DNA of 64,000 bases. Origin: Candidatus Vogelbacteria bacterium. Lineage in GTDB: Bacteria > Patescibacteriota > Minisyncoccia > Phycocordibacterales > XYD1-FULL-46-19. The stretch spans positions 16,293 through 80,292 of the forward strand of contig CAIPHT010000007.1 of assembly GCA_903864935.1 (NCBI GenBank), in the 5' to 3' direction. Below, piece by piece: positions 28,829-38,154 of this stretch (the first letter of the stretch is position 1; each line of letters begins with the position of its first letter). The notes beneath the pieces were generated by a model. The model searched no databases. It saw only the letters and a list, made by a program, of their open reading frames with translations, and had not been told where the DNA came from. The translations under genes and the position numbers were made by a program.

Positions 28829-29808
28829 GAGGAGGAAGGGTAATCAAAACCCATATGTTCGTAAGCGCGCTGAGTGGCAACGCGACCACGGGAGGTGCGT
28901 TCGATGAAGCCGAGTTGGATGAGGTAGGGCTCGTAGACATCCTCGATGGTGGCGTCTTCTTCGGAAATAGCGGTGGCAATGGTGCCGACACCAACGGGTC
29001 CACCATTAAATTTGGAGATAATAATATCTAAGATCTGGCGATCGGGATCAGTGAGTCCCATCTCATCTATTCCCTGTAAAGCCAAAGCCTCTTTTACTGT
29101 TTTAAGGTCAAGAGATTTTTTGGTAATTTGCGCATAATCTCGACAGCGTTTGAGGAGATGGTTGGCGATACGCGGGGTGAAACGAGAACGACGAGCGACT
29201 TCGATAGCGCCCGCCTCATCAATTTCTATACCCAAAATTCCTGCCGAGCGTTTAATTATTTCGGTAATTTCTTCTTCGGTATAAAATTCGAGACGATAAG
29301 TCCCGCCCGAGAAACGAGAGCGAAGAGGGGAGGAGAGTAGGGCGACACGAGTGGTGGCCGCAAGGAGAGTGAAGGGTGGTAAGTCAATCTGGATGACTCT
29401 CGCCCCTGGCCCTTTGCCAATAACAATATTAAGCATCCCAGACTCCATGGCGGGGTAGAGGACTTCCTCAATCATTTTATTGAGCCGATGGACTTCATCT
29501 ATAAAGAGAATATCTCCAGGCGAGAGGTTGGTAAGGATAGAGGCGAGGTCACCCACCTTCTCAATAGCGGGGCCGGAGGTAATCTTAATTTGAGCGCTCA
29601 TTTCCTTAGCAATCAGGTGAGCAAGAGTGGTCTTACCGAGACCGGGAGGGCCATAAAATAGGAGGTGCTCAGGCGGATGATTGCGCTCTTTAGCGGCTTG
29701 GAGGAGGATTTTTAGGTTATCTTTGATATTCTTTTGCCCTACATACTCCTCCCAGAGAGCGGGACGCAAGGAGCGATCTAAAAAGGTGTCATTTTCGATA
29801 CTTGACAT
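28825..29808 (-). CDS. ruvB: Holliday junction branch migration helicase RuvB
   Basis: [33 protein letters not shown]. Confidence 0.98.
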   Translation of the reverse strand: MSSIENDTFLDRSLRPALWEEYVGQKNIKDNLKILLQAAKERNHPPEHLLFYGPPGLGKTTLAHLIAKEMSAQIKITSGPAIEKVGDLASILTNLSPGDILFIDEVHRLNKMIEEVLYPAMESGMLNIVIGKGPGARVIQIDLPPFTLLAATTRVALLSSPLRSRFSGGTYRLEFYTEEEITEIIKRSAGILGIEIDEAGAIEVARRSRFTPRIANHLLKRCRDYAQITKKSLDLKTVKEALALQGIDEMGLTDPDRQILDIIISKFNGGPVGVGTIATAISEEDATIEDVYEPYLIQLGFIERTSRGRVATQRAYEHMGFDYPSSS

Positions 29809-29830
29809 ATAATTCTTGATGTGCTAACAT
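29802..29830 (+). promoter_or_regulatory. sigma70 promoter of the intergenic RNA
   Basis: TTGACA-17 nt-(TG)TAACAT overlapping the ruvB start. Confidence 0.7.
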
Positions 29831-29837
29831 TAAGCTC

Positions 29838-30020
29838 AGGTAATCAAGTAGACAAATCTCTAAACAATCTAGATCAATTTATTGATCTAACGGATTTATT
29901 TGAGAGGACGTTTCGGTTCCCACCCTAGCAGTGGATCAGACGGAAACTATCCTGGATTATTTATTTAACTTTAGTTGCATAACGAAAGCGATTGTTTAGA
30001 GATTTGTACACTCGATTATC
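29838..30020 (+). ncRNA. 6S RNA-like rod-shaped RNA (about 183 nt)
   Basis: Perfect 18-bp closing stem 29852-69/29990-30007, AT-rich central bubble, apical stem 29905-29953, own promoter, no ORF. Confidence 0.5.
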
Positions 30021-30038
30021 AAAGAGCCGGGAACTGGG

Positions 30039-31736
30039 CTAAATTATCTCCTCGTACAGATCTATCACACGGCCCATTTCTTCTATCGTTGTTTCTCCTT
30101 TAATAACCTTCAGGACTCCATCTTGGCGCATGTCCAAGATTTTTTGCGGTATGGCGGCAATCTTAATTTCTTTTTCATTTGGATTGGTAATGGCGGCGGC
30201 TGCTACGGCGTCATCCATATAAATGGCTTCGAAGATGCCCTGACGGCCCTTGAAGCCAGTATTGTGGCACTCGTCACAACCAACACTTTTATAAACCTTA
30301 GTCCAAGTAGCGGGGACAAGCCCAGGGCGCTTTTTCTTAATGCTCTCTAAGACCTTATCAATTAACTCTTTCTCCCAAGGCTCAGGTTCTCGCTCTTGTT
30401 TGCAGACGGGGCAGAGCTTGCGCAAGAGACGCTGGGCAATAGATAGAGTAAGGGCGGAGGTAATAATCTTGGGATTAAGATTAAGATCAATCAAGCGGGG
30501 GATAGCGCCTTGGGCGTTATTGGTGTGCAAGGTTGAGAAGACTAAGTGCCCTGTTAACGATGATTGCACAGCAATCTTAGCGGTCTCGGGATCGCGAATT
30601 TCTCCCACCATGATAATATCCGGGTCTTGACGCAAGGCGCTTCGGAGACCAGAGAGGAAAGTGTAACCTTGCTTCCTATTGACCTGAGTCTGGTTGATGC
30701 CCTCGAGGTGATATTCAATTGGGTCTTCAATCGTGATGATTTTGCTCTCGGTGGAGTTAATCTCGCGCAAGAAGGAGTAGAGGGTCGTGGTTTTACCAGA
30801 GCCGGTTGGACCAGTAAGTAAGACAAGGCCGTTCGGCTTGTGAATTTCTTTATTAAAGACCTCAAACAATTCTTTCTCGATGCCCAATTTCTCGAAGGTG
30901 ACATTGATCGACTCCGGATTCAAGATACGCATAACGACCGATTCGCCATAGGCGGTGGGGATGACCGAAGAACGAATTTCAATCTCAGTATTCTTAAGTA
31001 TAATACTGAAGCGACCATCTTGAGAGGCGAGTTTAACATTCAACTTCATACCTGAGACAAGCTTGAGACGAGAGATAATCTGATTATAGATTTTGCTCGG
31101 GAAAACAGCCACATCTTCAAGTACGCCATCGAGGCGATAACGGAGACGAATATTGTCTTGCTCTGGTTCAATATGAATATCAGAGGCATCAGTCACGAGT
31201 CCGCCAGCCATAATAATTTCTAAGATAATAGAGATACCGCCCTGCTTCTCGGCGAGGTTGCTCTCTTTCTCGATCTCGACTCGGATATCCTTAAGAGTTT
31301 TGAAGCGGGTGGTATAATCCGCGATACTCTCACTGGAGATTTCGATTAGACCAGCATGAGACCTCTCAGATTTGGAGATTTCTTCATATTTGGCCCAGGC
31401 GCTCTCGAGGCCACTTAGAGAAGTGACATATAGAGTTATTTCAAAATTCTTGTTTTTTAATTCCTCAATGATACCCAAGGTCTCTGGTTTGTTGGGAGAG
31501 TCAACGGCGACATTTATTTTTTTGCCTGAGACAGAGAAAGCGACAATACTACCGGCGCGAGCGTCGGCTTCGGTCACCAGACGAAGAGCATCGGTATTAA
31601 CAAGAGTGCGAGTGAGATCAATGTAGGGGAGCTTGTATTTATCCGCCATCACTTGAGCCAGCTCTTCAGCCTCTCTGGTTCGCAAATCAGAAATTTGCTC
31701 ATCAGTAACTCCTTGTTTAAGTGGATCGTTGCTCAT
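30039..31736 (-). CDS. pilB: GspE/PilB type IV pilus assembly ATPase
   Basis: ASDIHIEP, GPTGSGKTT, TIEDPIE, LRQDPDIIMVGEIRD, CPVC/CDEC. Confidence 0.92.
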   Translation of the reverse strand: MSNDPLKQGVTDEQISDLRTREAEELAQVMADKYKLPYIDLTRTLVNTDALRLVTEADARAGSIVAFSVSGKKINVAVDSPNKPETLGIIEELKNKNFEITLYVTSLSGLESAWAKYEEISKSERSHAGLIEISSESIADYTTRFKTLKDIRVEIEKESNLAEKQGGISIILEIIMAGGLVTDASDIHIEPEQDNIRLRYRLDGVLEDVAVFPSKIYNQIISRLKLVSGMKLNVKLASQDGRFSIILKNTEIEIRSSVIPTAYGESVVMRILNPESINVTFEKLGIEKELFEVFNKEIHKPNGLVLLTGPTGSGKTTTLYSFLREINSTESKIITIEDPIEYHLEGINQTQVNRKQGYTFLSGLRSALRQDPDIIMVGEIRDPETAKIAVQSSLTGHLVFSTLHTNNAQGAIPRLIDLNLNPKIITSALTLSIAQRLLRKLCPVCKQEREPEPWEKELIDKVLESIKKKRPGLVPATWTKVYKSVGCDECHNTGFKGRQGIFEAIYMDDAVAAAAITNPNEKEIKIAAIPQKILDMRQDGVLKVIKGETTIEEMGRVIDLYEEII

Positions 31737-31812
31737 TTTTATAATTTTACCGCGTTACTACTTACATTACTAGCACCCATTAAACTTAACGCAAAGTGGA
31801 TAAGTACCATTC

Positions 31813-31963
31813 GGCTTAGTAGTTTTGAAAACCACACAAAAATCTCCGGCGAAGATTTTTGCTCGCGTTCCGCGTTGCCGTTTTGCCTTCGCACTGCTGT
31901 GCATAAGGAAGGCAAAATCCCTGCCGGCAACAGCTTCACGAGGCTTTTCAAAATTACTAAGCC
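31813..31963. repeat. nested palindromic element (MITE/REP-like or structured RNA)
   Basis: 19-bp terminal IR GGCTTAGTAGTTTTGAAAA/TTTTCAAAATTACTAAGCC with internal hairpins. Confidence 0.65.
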
Positions 31964-32017
31964 TCATTTGTTGTCCGGAGAGGCTTTTTAAACGAAACAA
32001 CCTTCGTTCATTTGTGC

Positions 32018-32046
32018 TTGACAGATATGTTAGACTATGCTATACT
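32018..32046 (+). promoter_or_regulatory. sigma70 promoter
   Basis: TTGACA-17-(TG)TATACT. Confidence 0.75.
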
Positions 32047-32119
32047 ATAGGTAGAAATGCAGTATTGAGTTGGGAATAACTGGCGAGCTTAAAGGCCGCC
32101 TTAATGAAAGGATTTCCCC

Positions 32120-32779
32120 ATGAAGAACCTTGTTATAGTCGTTGTTTTTGTTGTCATGTTGGCGTCGGTTGCTTTTGCCCAGTCTGGGCAGAGCGTGACC
32201 TTTCACCAGCCCAACGGCGGGACGTCCACCTGGACCCCGCCGGCGGCGCAGATGGTCAAGACCCCGTGCTACGGCACGGTGCCGAGAGCCAACGGACCGG
32301 TCGTCCGTCAGCTTCAGTCGCAGTGGCCTTCTCAGGTCTCCGCCCCGATGCCGCCGGTTGTGGGTGGGACAACATCGGCTGATCCGAGCGGTGTAGCCTC
32401 CCTTCGGGGTGGCATAGTTGCCGCGCGCCCTGTTCCTTCGGGTAACCCCGAGGTCGACAGAGACAACAACCAGACGGACCTCCAATGGGGTCAGTTGGCG
32501 GCTGAGCGTGAGCGCAGCAACCAGCAGGCTGATCTGGAGAGAGTCCAGATCGAAAGGCAATACGACATCCAACGCCGTGAAGAGTCTCGCCAGACGGTTC
32601 AGACTTTGGCCAATGTCATCCAGAATTGGCAGGATGGACAGGCTCGGCGCGAAGACTCGAAGGCCTCGCGGCGAATTGAGGCAAACTGGCAGGCTCAGAA
32701 CGCCGCTCAGCAAGCGGCAGACCGCGCGAGCCAGTTGGCCCAAACGGCCATGTCAGCGGCCGCCGCGGCCAGGCACTAA
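32120..32779 (+). CDS. GC-rich secreted hypothetical protein with Q/R-rich coiled coil
   Basis: AAAGGA SD, signal peptide ending AFA, own promoter and terminator. Confidence 0.75.
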   Translation: MKNLVIVVVFVVMLASVAFAQSGQSVTFHQPNGGTSTWTPPAAQMVKTPCYGTVPRANGPVVRQLQSQWPSQVSAPMPPVVGGTTSADPSGVASLRGGIVAARPVPSGNPEVDRDNNQTDLQWGQLAAERERSNQQADLERVQIERQYDIQRREESRQTVQTLANVIQNWQDGQARREDSKASRRIEANWQAQNAAQQAADRASQLAQTAMSAAAAARH

Positions 32780-32796
32780 GTTTAGTAAAGGGTCCG

Positions 32797-32838
32797 AGCC
32801 CCTGGGAGAGAGTCACTCTCCCAGGGGCTTTTTCTTTT
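32797..32838 (+). terminator. intrinsic terminator
   Basis: AGCCCCTGGGAGAG-agtca-CTCTCCCAGGGGCT followed by a T-run. Confidence 0.85.
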
Positions 32839-32878
32839 GTCCTCATTTTGTTACGCTTATCGTTGTAGAATAAATAAT

Positions 32879-33367
32879 ATGAAAGAGACAAAAATTATTT
32901 CTAAATCACTCGAAGATACTTATAATGTTGCCAAGCTTTTTCTTTCTAACCTAAAACCTAAAAGTTTACCCCGTGGCGGAGCTTTACGGGGCTCCCAAGC
33001 TGCTGTTGTTTTACTCGAAGGGGACTTAGGAGGAGGTAAGACCACGTTTACTCAAGCCTTGGCCCGCGAACTTGGGGTGAAGAATTATCTTACGAGTCCG
33101 ACCTTTGTTTTAATGAAAAGCTACAAGATTTCTCCCGAAGTCACTGAGAGGCTTCGCCTCTCAGTTAAGAATCTTATTCATATTGATGCTTATCGCTTAA
33201 ATTCTGGCGCTGATTTGTTGAATCTTGGCTGGGCTGAGCTCGTCGCTAATCCCGCCCACTTAATTGTGTTAGAATGGCCAGAGAAGGTGGCCGACCTCTT
33301 CGACGGTTTGGAGCACAAAATCAAGTTCAAATTTATTGATGAACAAAAAAGAGAAATAATTTTATAA
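32879..33367 (+). CDS. tsaE: tRNA threonylcarbamoyladenosine biosynthesis ATPase TsaE
   Basis: LEGDLGGGKTTF, TSPTF, HIDAYRL, VLEWPE. Confidence 0.95.
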   Translation: MKETKIISKSLEDTYNVAKLFLSNLKPKSLPRGGALRGSQAAVVLLEGDLGGGKTTFTQALARELGVKNYLTSPTFVLMKSYKISPEVTERLRLSVKNLIHIDAYRLNSGADLLNLGWAELVANPAHLIVLEWPEKVADLFDGLEHKIKFKFIDEQKREIIL

Positions 33368-33789
33368 TGATGGAAGACAATATTTTTGATTTTTCTAAAT
33401 TTAAGAGAGAGAAGGAAGAAAAGAAGTCTGAGGTAATAAAAGCTGAAGGTAAGAAATCAGAACCAGATAATCTGGCCGGCTTTATGGGTATGATGGCAGA
33501 TATGATTGGGCAAGTGTCTGATGCCGGTGGTGCAGATAAATCGGTTAGTGATGCCCTCTCAGCTTTTCAATTAGAATTTTCGCCCAATGGTGTGATTATT
33601 AATAAGGTTAGGTACTCTGTGAATCCTCAATCAACAGCTTATCGGGAAGCCTATGAGAGAGCTGACCAGTTGTCGCTTGAAGAAATTCGCGGACAAATAG
33701 AATCCGCGAACGAGATGCCAATTAAGGCTCATCCGACTTGGTATGTTGTCCTTATTGATAACCTGATGAATCGCTCAAAGCCGAAATAA
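33367..33789 (+). CDS. hypothetical protein
   Basis: 140-aa ORF coupled to tsaE. Confidence 0.65.
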   Translation: MMEDNIFDFSKFKREKEEKKSEVIKAEGKKSEPDNLAGFMGMMADMIGQVSDAGGADKSVSDALSAFQLEFSPNGVIINKVRYSVNPQSTAYREAYERADQLSLEEIRGQIESANEMPIKAHPTWYVVLIDNLMNRSKPK

Positions 33790-33857
33790 CTTTATAAAAT
33801 AAGGCCTAATAGAGGTCTCACTTCCATAAGCCGTAGCCACGTTAAATAATCAAGACC

Positions 33858-33888
33858 TTGACGAGTAGGGCTATTTAGGGGTATATCT
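33858..33888 (+). promoter_or_regulatory. promoter shared with the 39012 gene
   Basis: TTGACGAGTAGGGCTATTTAGGGGTATA; 24/28 identical to 38851-38878. Confidence 0.6.
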
Positions 33889-33972
33889 GAAGCAGATAAT
33901 CATTGTCATTTTACTCGGTGTCTCTGGGTGAAATGTTGAAATATCGGCGAACAGAAATAAGGAAAACTGACC

Positions 33973-34614
33973 ATGGATTACATGCTCAGCAAAGCGCTCC
34001 GCGAATTCAATTCCGGACCGCTTCATCAACTTCTAGTGAATCTTGGTGGGGAAGAGGGCGCAATGTGGGAAGCAGAGCTCAAAAAGTTCAATCGCAAGGA
34101 AACCTGCTGGCCCAAGACGAACCCCTACCTGCGCAAGCTCGCGGACGGCACGCTTCCGGCGACCGACGGCCAGCGAACGATGGTCAGGGCGAAGGACATG
34201 TTTCCCGGCTACTTCGGGAAAGATTACGCTAACTGGGGAACGGATGTCCCTGGCAAAGCGACGCCGGAAATGCCATTCCAAGTGTATGAGCTGGTCATGG
34301 ACGGTAAATTCGCGCAGATCTTCGGCGGATTCGCCCGTCCACTCGGCGAGTTGTGCTGGGAACAAGACAAGATCCTCGCGTTTGTGGAGGGTCACCCCGA
34401 ACGGCTCCACCCGCAGGGCTACGGGACCTTCTTCTTGTTCAAGGTTAAGTTCAAGGAGAACACCGAGAACAAGCGAGAGGAGTTCTTCGTTGCCAACGTC
34501 TACCGGGACGGTGGCCAGCTCAAGGCGCACGTGTTCCGGTTCTCGTTCGACAGCGTCTGGCCTGCCGGGTATCGCTATCGCTTCGTGGTCCCGCAACTGG
34601 CCTCAGCCGTTTAG
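33973..34614 (+). CDS. putative DGR target (variable) protein, family 1
   Basis: GC-rich ORF; C-terminus FFVANVYRDGGQLKAHVFRFSFDSVWPAGYRYRFVVPQL enriched in NNC/NNT codons; hairpin at 34646-34679. Confidence 0.6.
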   Translation: MDYMLSKALREFNSGPLHQLLVNLGGEEGAMWEAELKKFNRKETCWPKTNPYLRKLADGTLPATDGQRTMVRAKDMFPGYFGKDYANWGTDVPGKATPEMPFQVYELVMDGKFAQIFGGFARPLGELCWEQDKILAFVEGHPERLHPQGYGTFFLFKVKFKENTENKREEFFVANVYRDGGQLKAHVFRFSFDSVWPAGYRYRFVVPQLASAV

Positions 34615-34708
34615 TCTCTGTTTCCCCTTTGTCGCTTTGATCCTCAATCCCTTGGACCCTTTCGGGGGCCCAGGGGATTTTTGCTATAAATGAGTTATAC
34701 TTAAGGCA

Positions 34709-37210
34709 ATGGCCAAAAAGAATTATAAAACCAAAATCGTCCTCATTGACGCCCATGCTATCTTGCATCGGGCTTATCATGCTTTGCCGGATTTCTCTTC
34801 GAGTAAGGGTGAGCCGACGGGCGGGCTCTACGGCTTGGCCTCGATGATGCTTCGGATTATTGCTGACCTTAAGCCAGATTATATTTTTGCTTGTTATGAC
34901 CGCGCTGAGCCAACCTTCCGTAAGCAAGTTTATGATGAATATAAGGCGGGGCGCGCTAAGGCTGAGCCAGAGTTGGTGGCGCAGATTATTCGTTCGCGCG
35001 ATATCTTCACCGCGCTTCATATACCAATCTACGATCTGGCCGGTTTTGAGGCGGATGATATTATTGGGACGATAGTTGAGAAATTGTCAAAAGGAGTTCG
35101 AGGAGAGACCTCGGGCTCACTCGAGGACTCACCTCGAACGCGACAGGCCTCCTCGGCTCAGATAATAATTGCCTCGGGTGATATGGACACCCTCCAGCTG
35201 GTTGATGACGATAGGGTTGTTGTCTTCACACTTAAGAAAGGTCTCAATGATACTGTCGTCTATGATGAGAAGATGGTGCGCGAGCGTTATGGCTTCGAAC
35301 CCAAATTCCTGATTGATTATAAAGGTTTAAGAGGTGACCCGTCTGATAATATTATTGGTGTGGAGGGTATCGGAGAGAAAACGGCGACAACTTTGATTCA
35401 AGAGTTTGGCACAATTGAAGATATTTATAAACAGATTAAAAAGGATGAGCAGGTTTTGCTTGATCGAGGTGTTAAAGCTCGAATTCTGGAGATTTTAAAG
35501 AATAGCGAAGAAGAGGCGATTTTTTCTAAAACCTTGGCAACGATCAGGCGTGATGCTGGTATTGATTTTAAATTACCTAAGGAGACTTGGGCCGAGACTT
35601 TTGAGACGACCAAGGCCGAGGGCTTATTCAATGATTTGGAGTTTAGGACTTTGATTGGGAGGTTGAAGAAACTTGAGATCGGGCCTCGCCCCACGGGCGA
35701 AGTTGGACTTCAGGGCTCATCGAAGTCCAACTTCTCACGACCGGGCTCGGCCGAGGGAGGTGAGCCGGCTGTGGGAAGTCCGACTTCAAGTGAGCCCGAA
35801 GTCGTACTTCACTCACCGGCTGAGGAACTTGAAATTAAACAACTTGCCATCGCCCTCTGGCTTATCAATTCAGACACTACCAACCCCAAGCTTGAAGATA
35901 TTTTCGAATACACCCGAACCGAAGACTTGGCCAAGGCCAAAGAAAAATTGTTGGCTGACTTAGAGAAGCTTGGCCTAACTAAAATTTACCAAGAAGTGGA
36001 ACTGCCTCTCATCCCAATACTTGAAGAGGCTCAGGCACGGGGGATTAAGGTGGATAAGAAATTATTGGCAGATTTGTCTGTTGATTATCATGCCAAGCTC
36101 AAAGATTTGGAGAAAAAGATTTATGAGCTGGCTGGCTCTGAATTCAACATTAATTCGCCCAAGCAACTAGGAGAGATTCTTTTTACCAAGCTTAATTTGT
36201 CGGTGAAGGGTCTTAAGAAGACAGCGGGAGGCAGTCAATCTACTCGCGAATCGGAGATTGCCAAGCTGAAGGATGTCCACCCAATTATCAACGAGATTCT
36301 GGCCTATCGCGAATTGCAGAAGTTGCTCTCAACTTATATTGATAATCTCCCTAAGCTCTTAGACGAGGACGATATTTTGCACCCGACCCTCAACCAGACG
36401 GGTACCACGACCGGGCGTATGTCCTCAACTAACCCTAACGTGCAGAATATCCCGACGCGGGGTGAGCAAGGGGCAGCGATTAGGACAGCCTTCGTCGCGC
36501 GCGAGGGGTATGAATTAATGGCTTTTGACTATTCTCAGATTGAGCTGCGAGTTTTGGCTGCCCTCTCACAAGATCCAGAATTAATTAAGATTTTTAACGA
36601 AGGTAAGGACATCCACACTTCGGTTGCGTCACGCGTTTTTGGAGTTATTGAGGGAGATGTGACTAAAGAGATGAGGCGACGGGCAAAGGTGATTAATTTT
36701 GGCATTATCTATGGGATGGGGGTTAATGCGCTTAAGGCCAATCTTGGGACAACTCGTGATGAAGCCCAAGAATTCATGGATAATTATTTTGCCTCTTTCC
36801 CCACTATCAAGAAATACTTCGAATTGGTGATTGAGGGAGCCAGAGACAGGGGATACACCGAGACTCTCTTTGGTCGTCGTCGTTATTTGCCGGCTCTTCA
36901 CTCTCAATTGCCTCAAATTAAGGCCAGCGCTGAGCGTATGGCGATGAATGCCCCACTTCAGGGGACGGCAGCCGATATTATTAAGCTGGCCATGATTCGG
37001 GCTGATAAAGATATCAAGGAGGCTGGTTTGTCAGACAAAGCCTTCTTGTTGCTCCAGATCCACGATGAACTTATTTTTGAAGTAAAAGAGGGACTTAGTG
37101 CTAAAGTTATGCCTTTAATTAAGAAATCCATGGAGGAGGTGATTAAGATGAATGTTCCCCTAGAGGTCTCATCGGCTCGTGGTCCTCGCTGGGGGGAACT
37201 TGAGAAATAA
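34709..37210 (+). CDS. polA: DNA polymerase I (5'-3' exonuclease + polymerase; 3'-5' exonuclease region degenerate)
   Basis: IDAHAILHRAYHA, FEADD, GDPSDNI, TTTGRMSS, DYSQIELR, LLQIHDEL. Confidence 0.97.
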   Translation: MAKKNYKTKIVLIDAHAILHRAYHALPDFSSSKGEPTGGLYGLASMMLRIIADLKPDYIFACYDRAEPTFRKQVYDEYKAGRAKAEPELVAQIIRSRDIFTALHIPIYDLAGFEADDIIGTIVEKLSKGVRGETSGSLEDSPRTRQASSAQIIIASGDMDTLQLVDDDRVVVFTLKKGLNDTVVYDEKMVRERYGFEPKFLIDYKGLRGDPSDNIIGVEGIGEKTATTLIQEFGTIEDIYKQIKKDEQVLLDRGVKARILEILKNSEEEAIFSKTLATIRRDAGIDFKLPKETWAETFETTKAEGLFNDLEFRTLIGRLKKLEIGPRPTGEVGLQGSSKSNFSRPGSAEGGEPAVGSPTSSEPEVVLHSPAEELEIKQLAIALWLINSDTTNPKLEDIFEYTRTEDLAKAKEKLLADLEKLGLTKIYQEVELPLIPILEEAQARGIKVDKKLLADLSVDYHAKLKDLEKKIYELAGSEFNINSPKQLGEILFTKLNLSVKGLKKTAGGSQSTRESEIAKLKDVHPIINEILAYRELQKLLSTYIDNLPKLLDEDDILHPTLNQTGTTTGRMSSTNPNVQNIPTRGEQGAAIRTAFVAREGYELMAFDYSQIELRVLAALSQDPELIKIFNEGKDIHTSVASRVFGVIEGDVTKEMRRRAKVINFGIIYGMGVNALKANLGTTRDEAQEFMDNYFASFPTIKKYFELVIEGARDRGYTETLFGRRRYLPALHSQLPQIKASAERMAMNAPLQGTAADIIKLAMIRADKDIKEAGLSDKAFLLLQIHDELIFEVKEGLSAKVMPLIKKSMEEVIKMNVPLEVSSARGPRWGELEK

Positions 37211-37348
37211 GGCTTAAAAACTAGACCACTTTATCCCCAAAGGGGGAATCTTGATTTTTTTGCTCCAAAGCCCTATTATTAGGGAGCAATAAGATTTGCA
37301 AACCAAAAAATAAAGGTCGGTTATTAACCTTTTATTGAATTTTTTCAA

Positions 37349-37555
37349 ATGAAGAATTATATCATTGTTGCTGTTATCATCATCCTCATCATTGTTGGTG
37401 TTGTTTGGTTCAAGGCTAAGAGCCCAGCCCCTGTTGGTGAGACCACTGTCACTACCGAACCAGCTACTACTACTGACACCACTGTTGTCCCTGCCGCTGA
37501 AGTTCCAGCTGCTGAGACCCCAGCTGCCAGTACTACTGCCCCAGCTGCTCAATAA
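37349..37555 (+). CDS. small membrane-anchored P/A/T-rich protein
   Basis: TM helix plus low-complexity tail; followed by a terminator. Confidence 0.75.
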   Translation: MKNYIIVAVIIILIIVGVVWFKAKSPAPVGETTVTTEPATTTDTTVVPAAEVPAAETPAASTTAPAAQ

Positions 37556-37572
37556 TCTTAAAAAGATTTAGA

Positions 37573-37602
37573 AAAACAACCCCGCTTAGCGGGGTTGTTT
37601 TC
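37573..37602 (+). terminator. intrinsic terminator
   Basis: AAAACAACCCCGC-tta-GCGGGGTTGTTTT. Confidence 0.85.
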
Positions 37603-37632
37603 GTTTACTTAAAAGTTTATAATTTTAGTTAT

Positions 37633-38154
37633 ATGGATTTAACTCTTATTGGTTACTCAAGCTTGTTTATTAGTTTATTAGCAGCCGTTTTTTTGGGTGC
37701 GGTCTTGGGGATTGAGAGAAATTTGGCCGGCAAGATGGCTGGTATGCGCACCTACTCCCTAGTTAGTCTTGGCTCAGCTCTCTTTGTTATCATCTCACGT
37801 TCGGTGATTGCCGAGTCGGGCCCATTAACGGCCGGGATTGACCCGCTTCGTATGGCTTCGCAAATTATTGTGGGCATCGGCTTCATTGGAGCCGGACTTG
37901 TTGTTTTGCGAGGTTCAAGATTAACCGGTATTACAACCGCGGCTGGAGTTTGGGTTTCGGCGGGGGTTGGTATGGCCTGTGGCTTCGGTCTCTATGCCCT
38001 AGCTCTGTTTACCACGGGGCTTACGCTCTTCATCTTTACCATTCTTTGGATTATTGAGCGTGATTATGTTCGCCGAATGTTAATTAAGGGAGAAATTCCT
38101 ACGCCGACTCAAGAAGAAGGTGACGAAGAAGATAATGGCGATAACGAAGAATAA
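37633..38154 (+). CDS. MgtC/SapB family membrane protein
   Basis: LGIER, AGMRTY.LV, DPLRMASQII.GIGFIGAG, GITTAA. Confidence 0.93.
   Translation: MDLTLIGYSSLFISLLAAVFLGAVLGIERNLAGKMAGMRTYSLVSLGSALFVIISRSVIAESGPLTAGIDPLRMASQIIVGIGFIGAGLVVLRGSRLTGITTAAGVWVSAGVGMACGFGLYALALFTTGLTLFIFTILWIIERDYVRRMLIKGEIPTPTQEEGDEEDNGDNEE

Noticed and set aside
29838-30020. SRP RNA, tmRNA or RNase P RNA as identity of the intergenic RNA
   Set aside because: No SRP domain IV motif, no tRNA-like ends, and too short and lacking P4 consensus for rnpB.
31653-32079. Short ORFs across the pilB upstream region
   Set aside because: They run through the palindromic element and lack coding features.
32045-32873. Overlapping ORFs 32045-32743(-), 32104-32382(+), 32418-32873(+)
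   Set aside because: Expected stop-poor frames in a GC-rich gene. Only 32120-32779 has SD, signal peptide, promoter and terminator.
34033-34693. Alternative-frame 216-aa and antisense 187-aa ORFs
   Set aside because: R/S/P-rich shadows of the high-GC3 gene at 33973.
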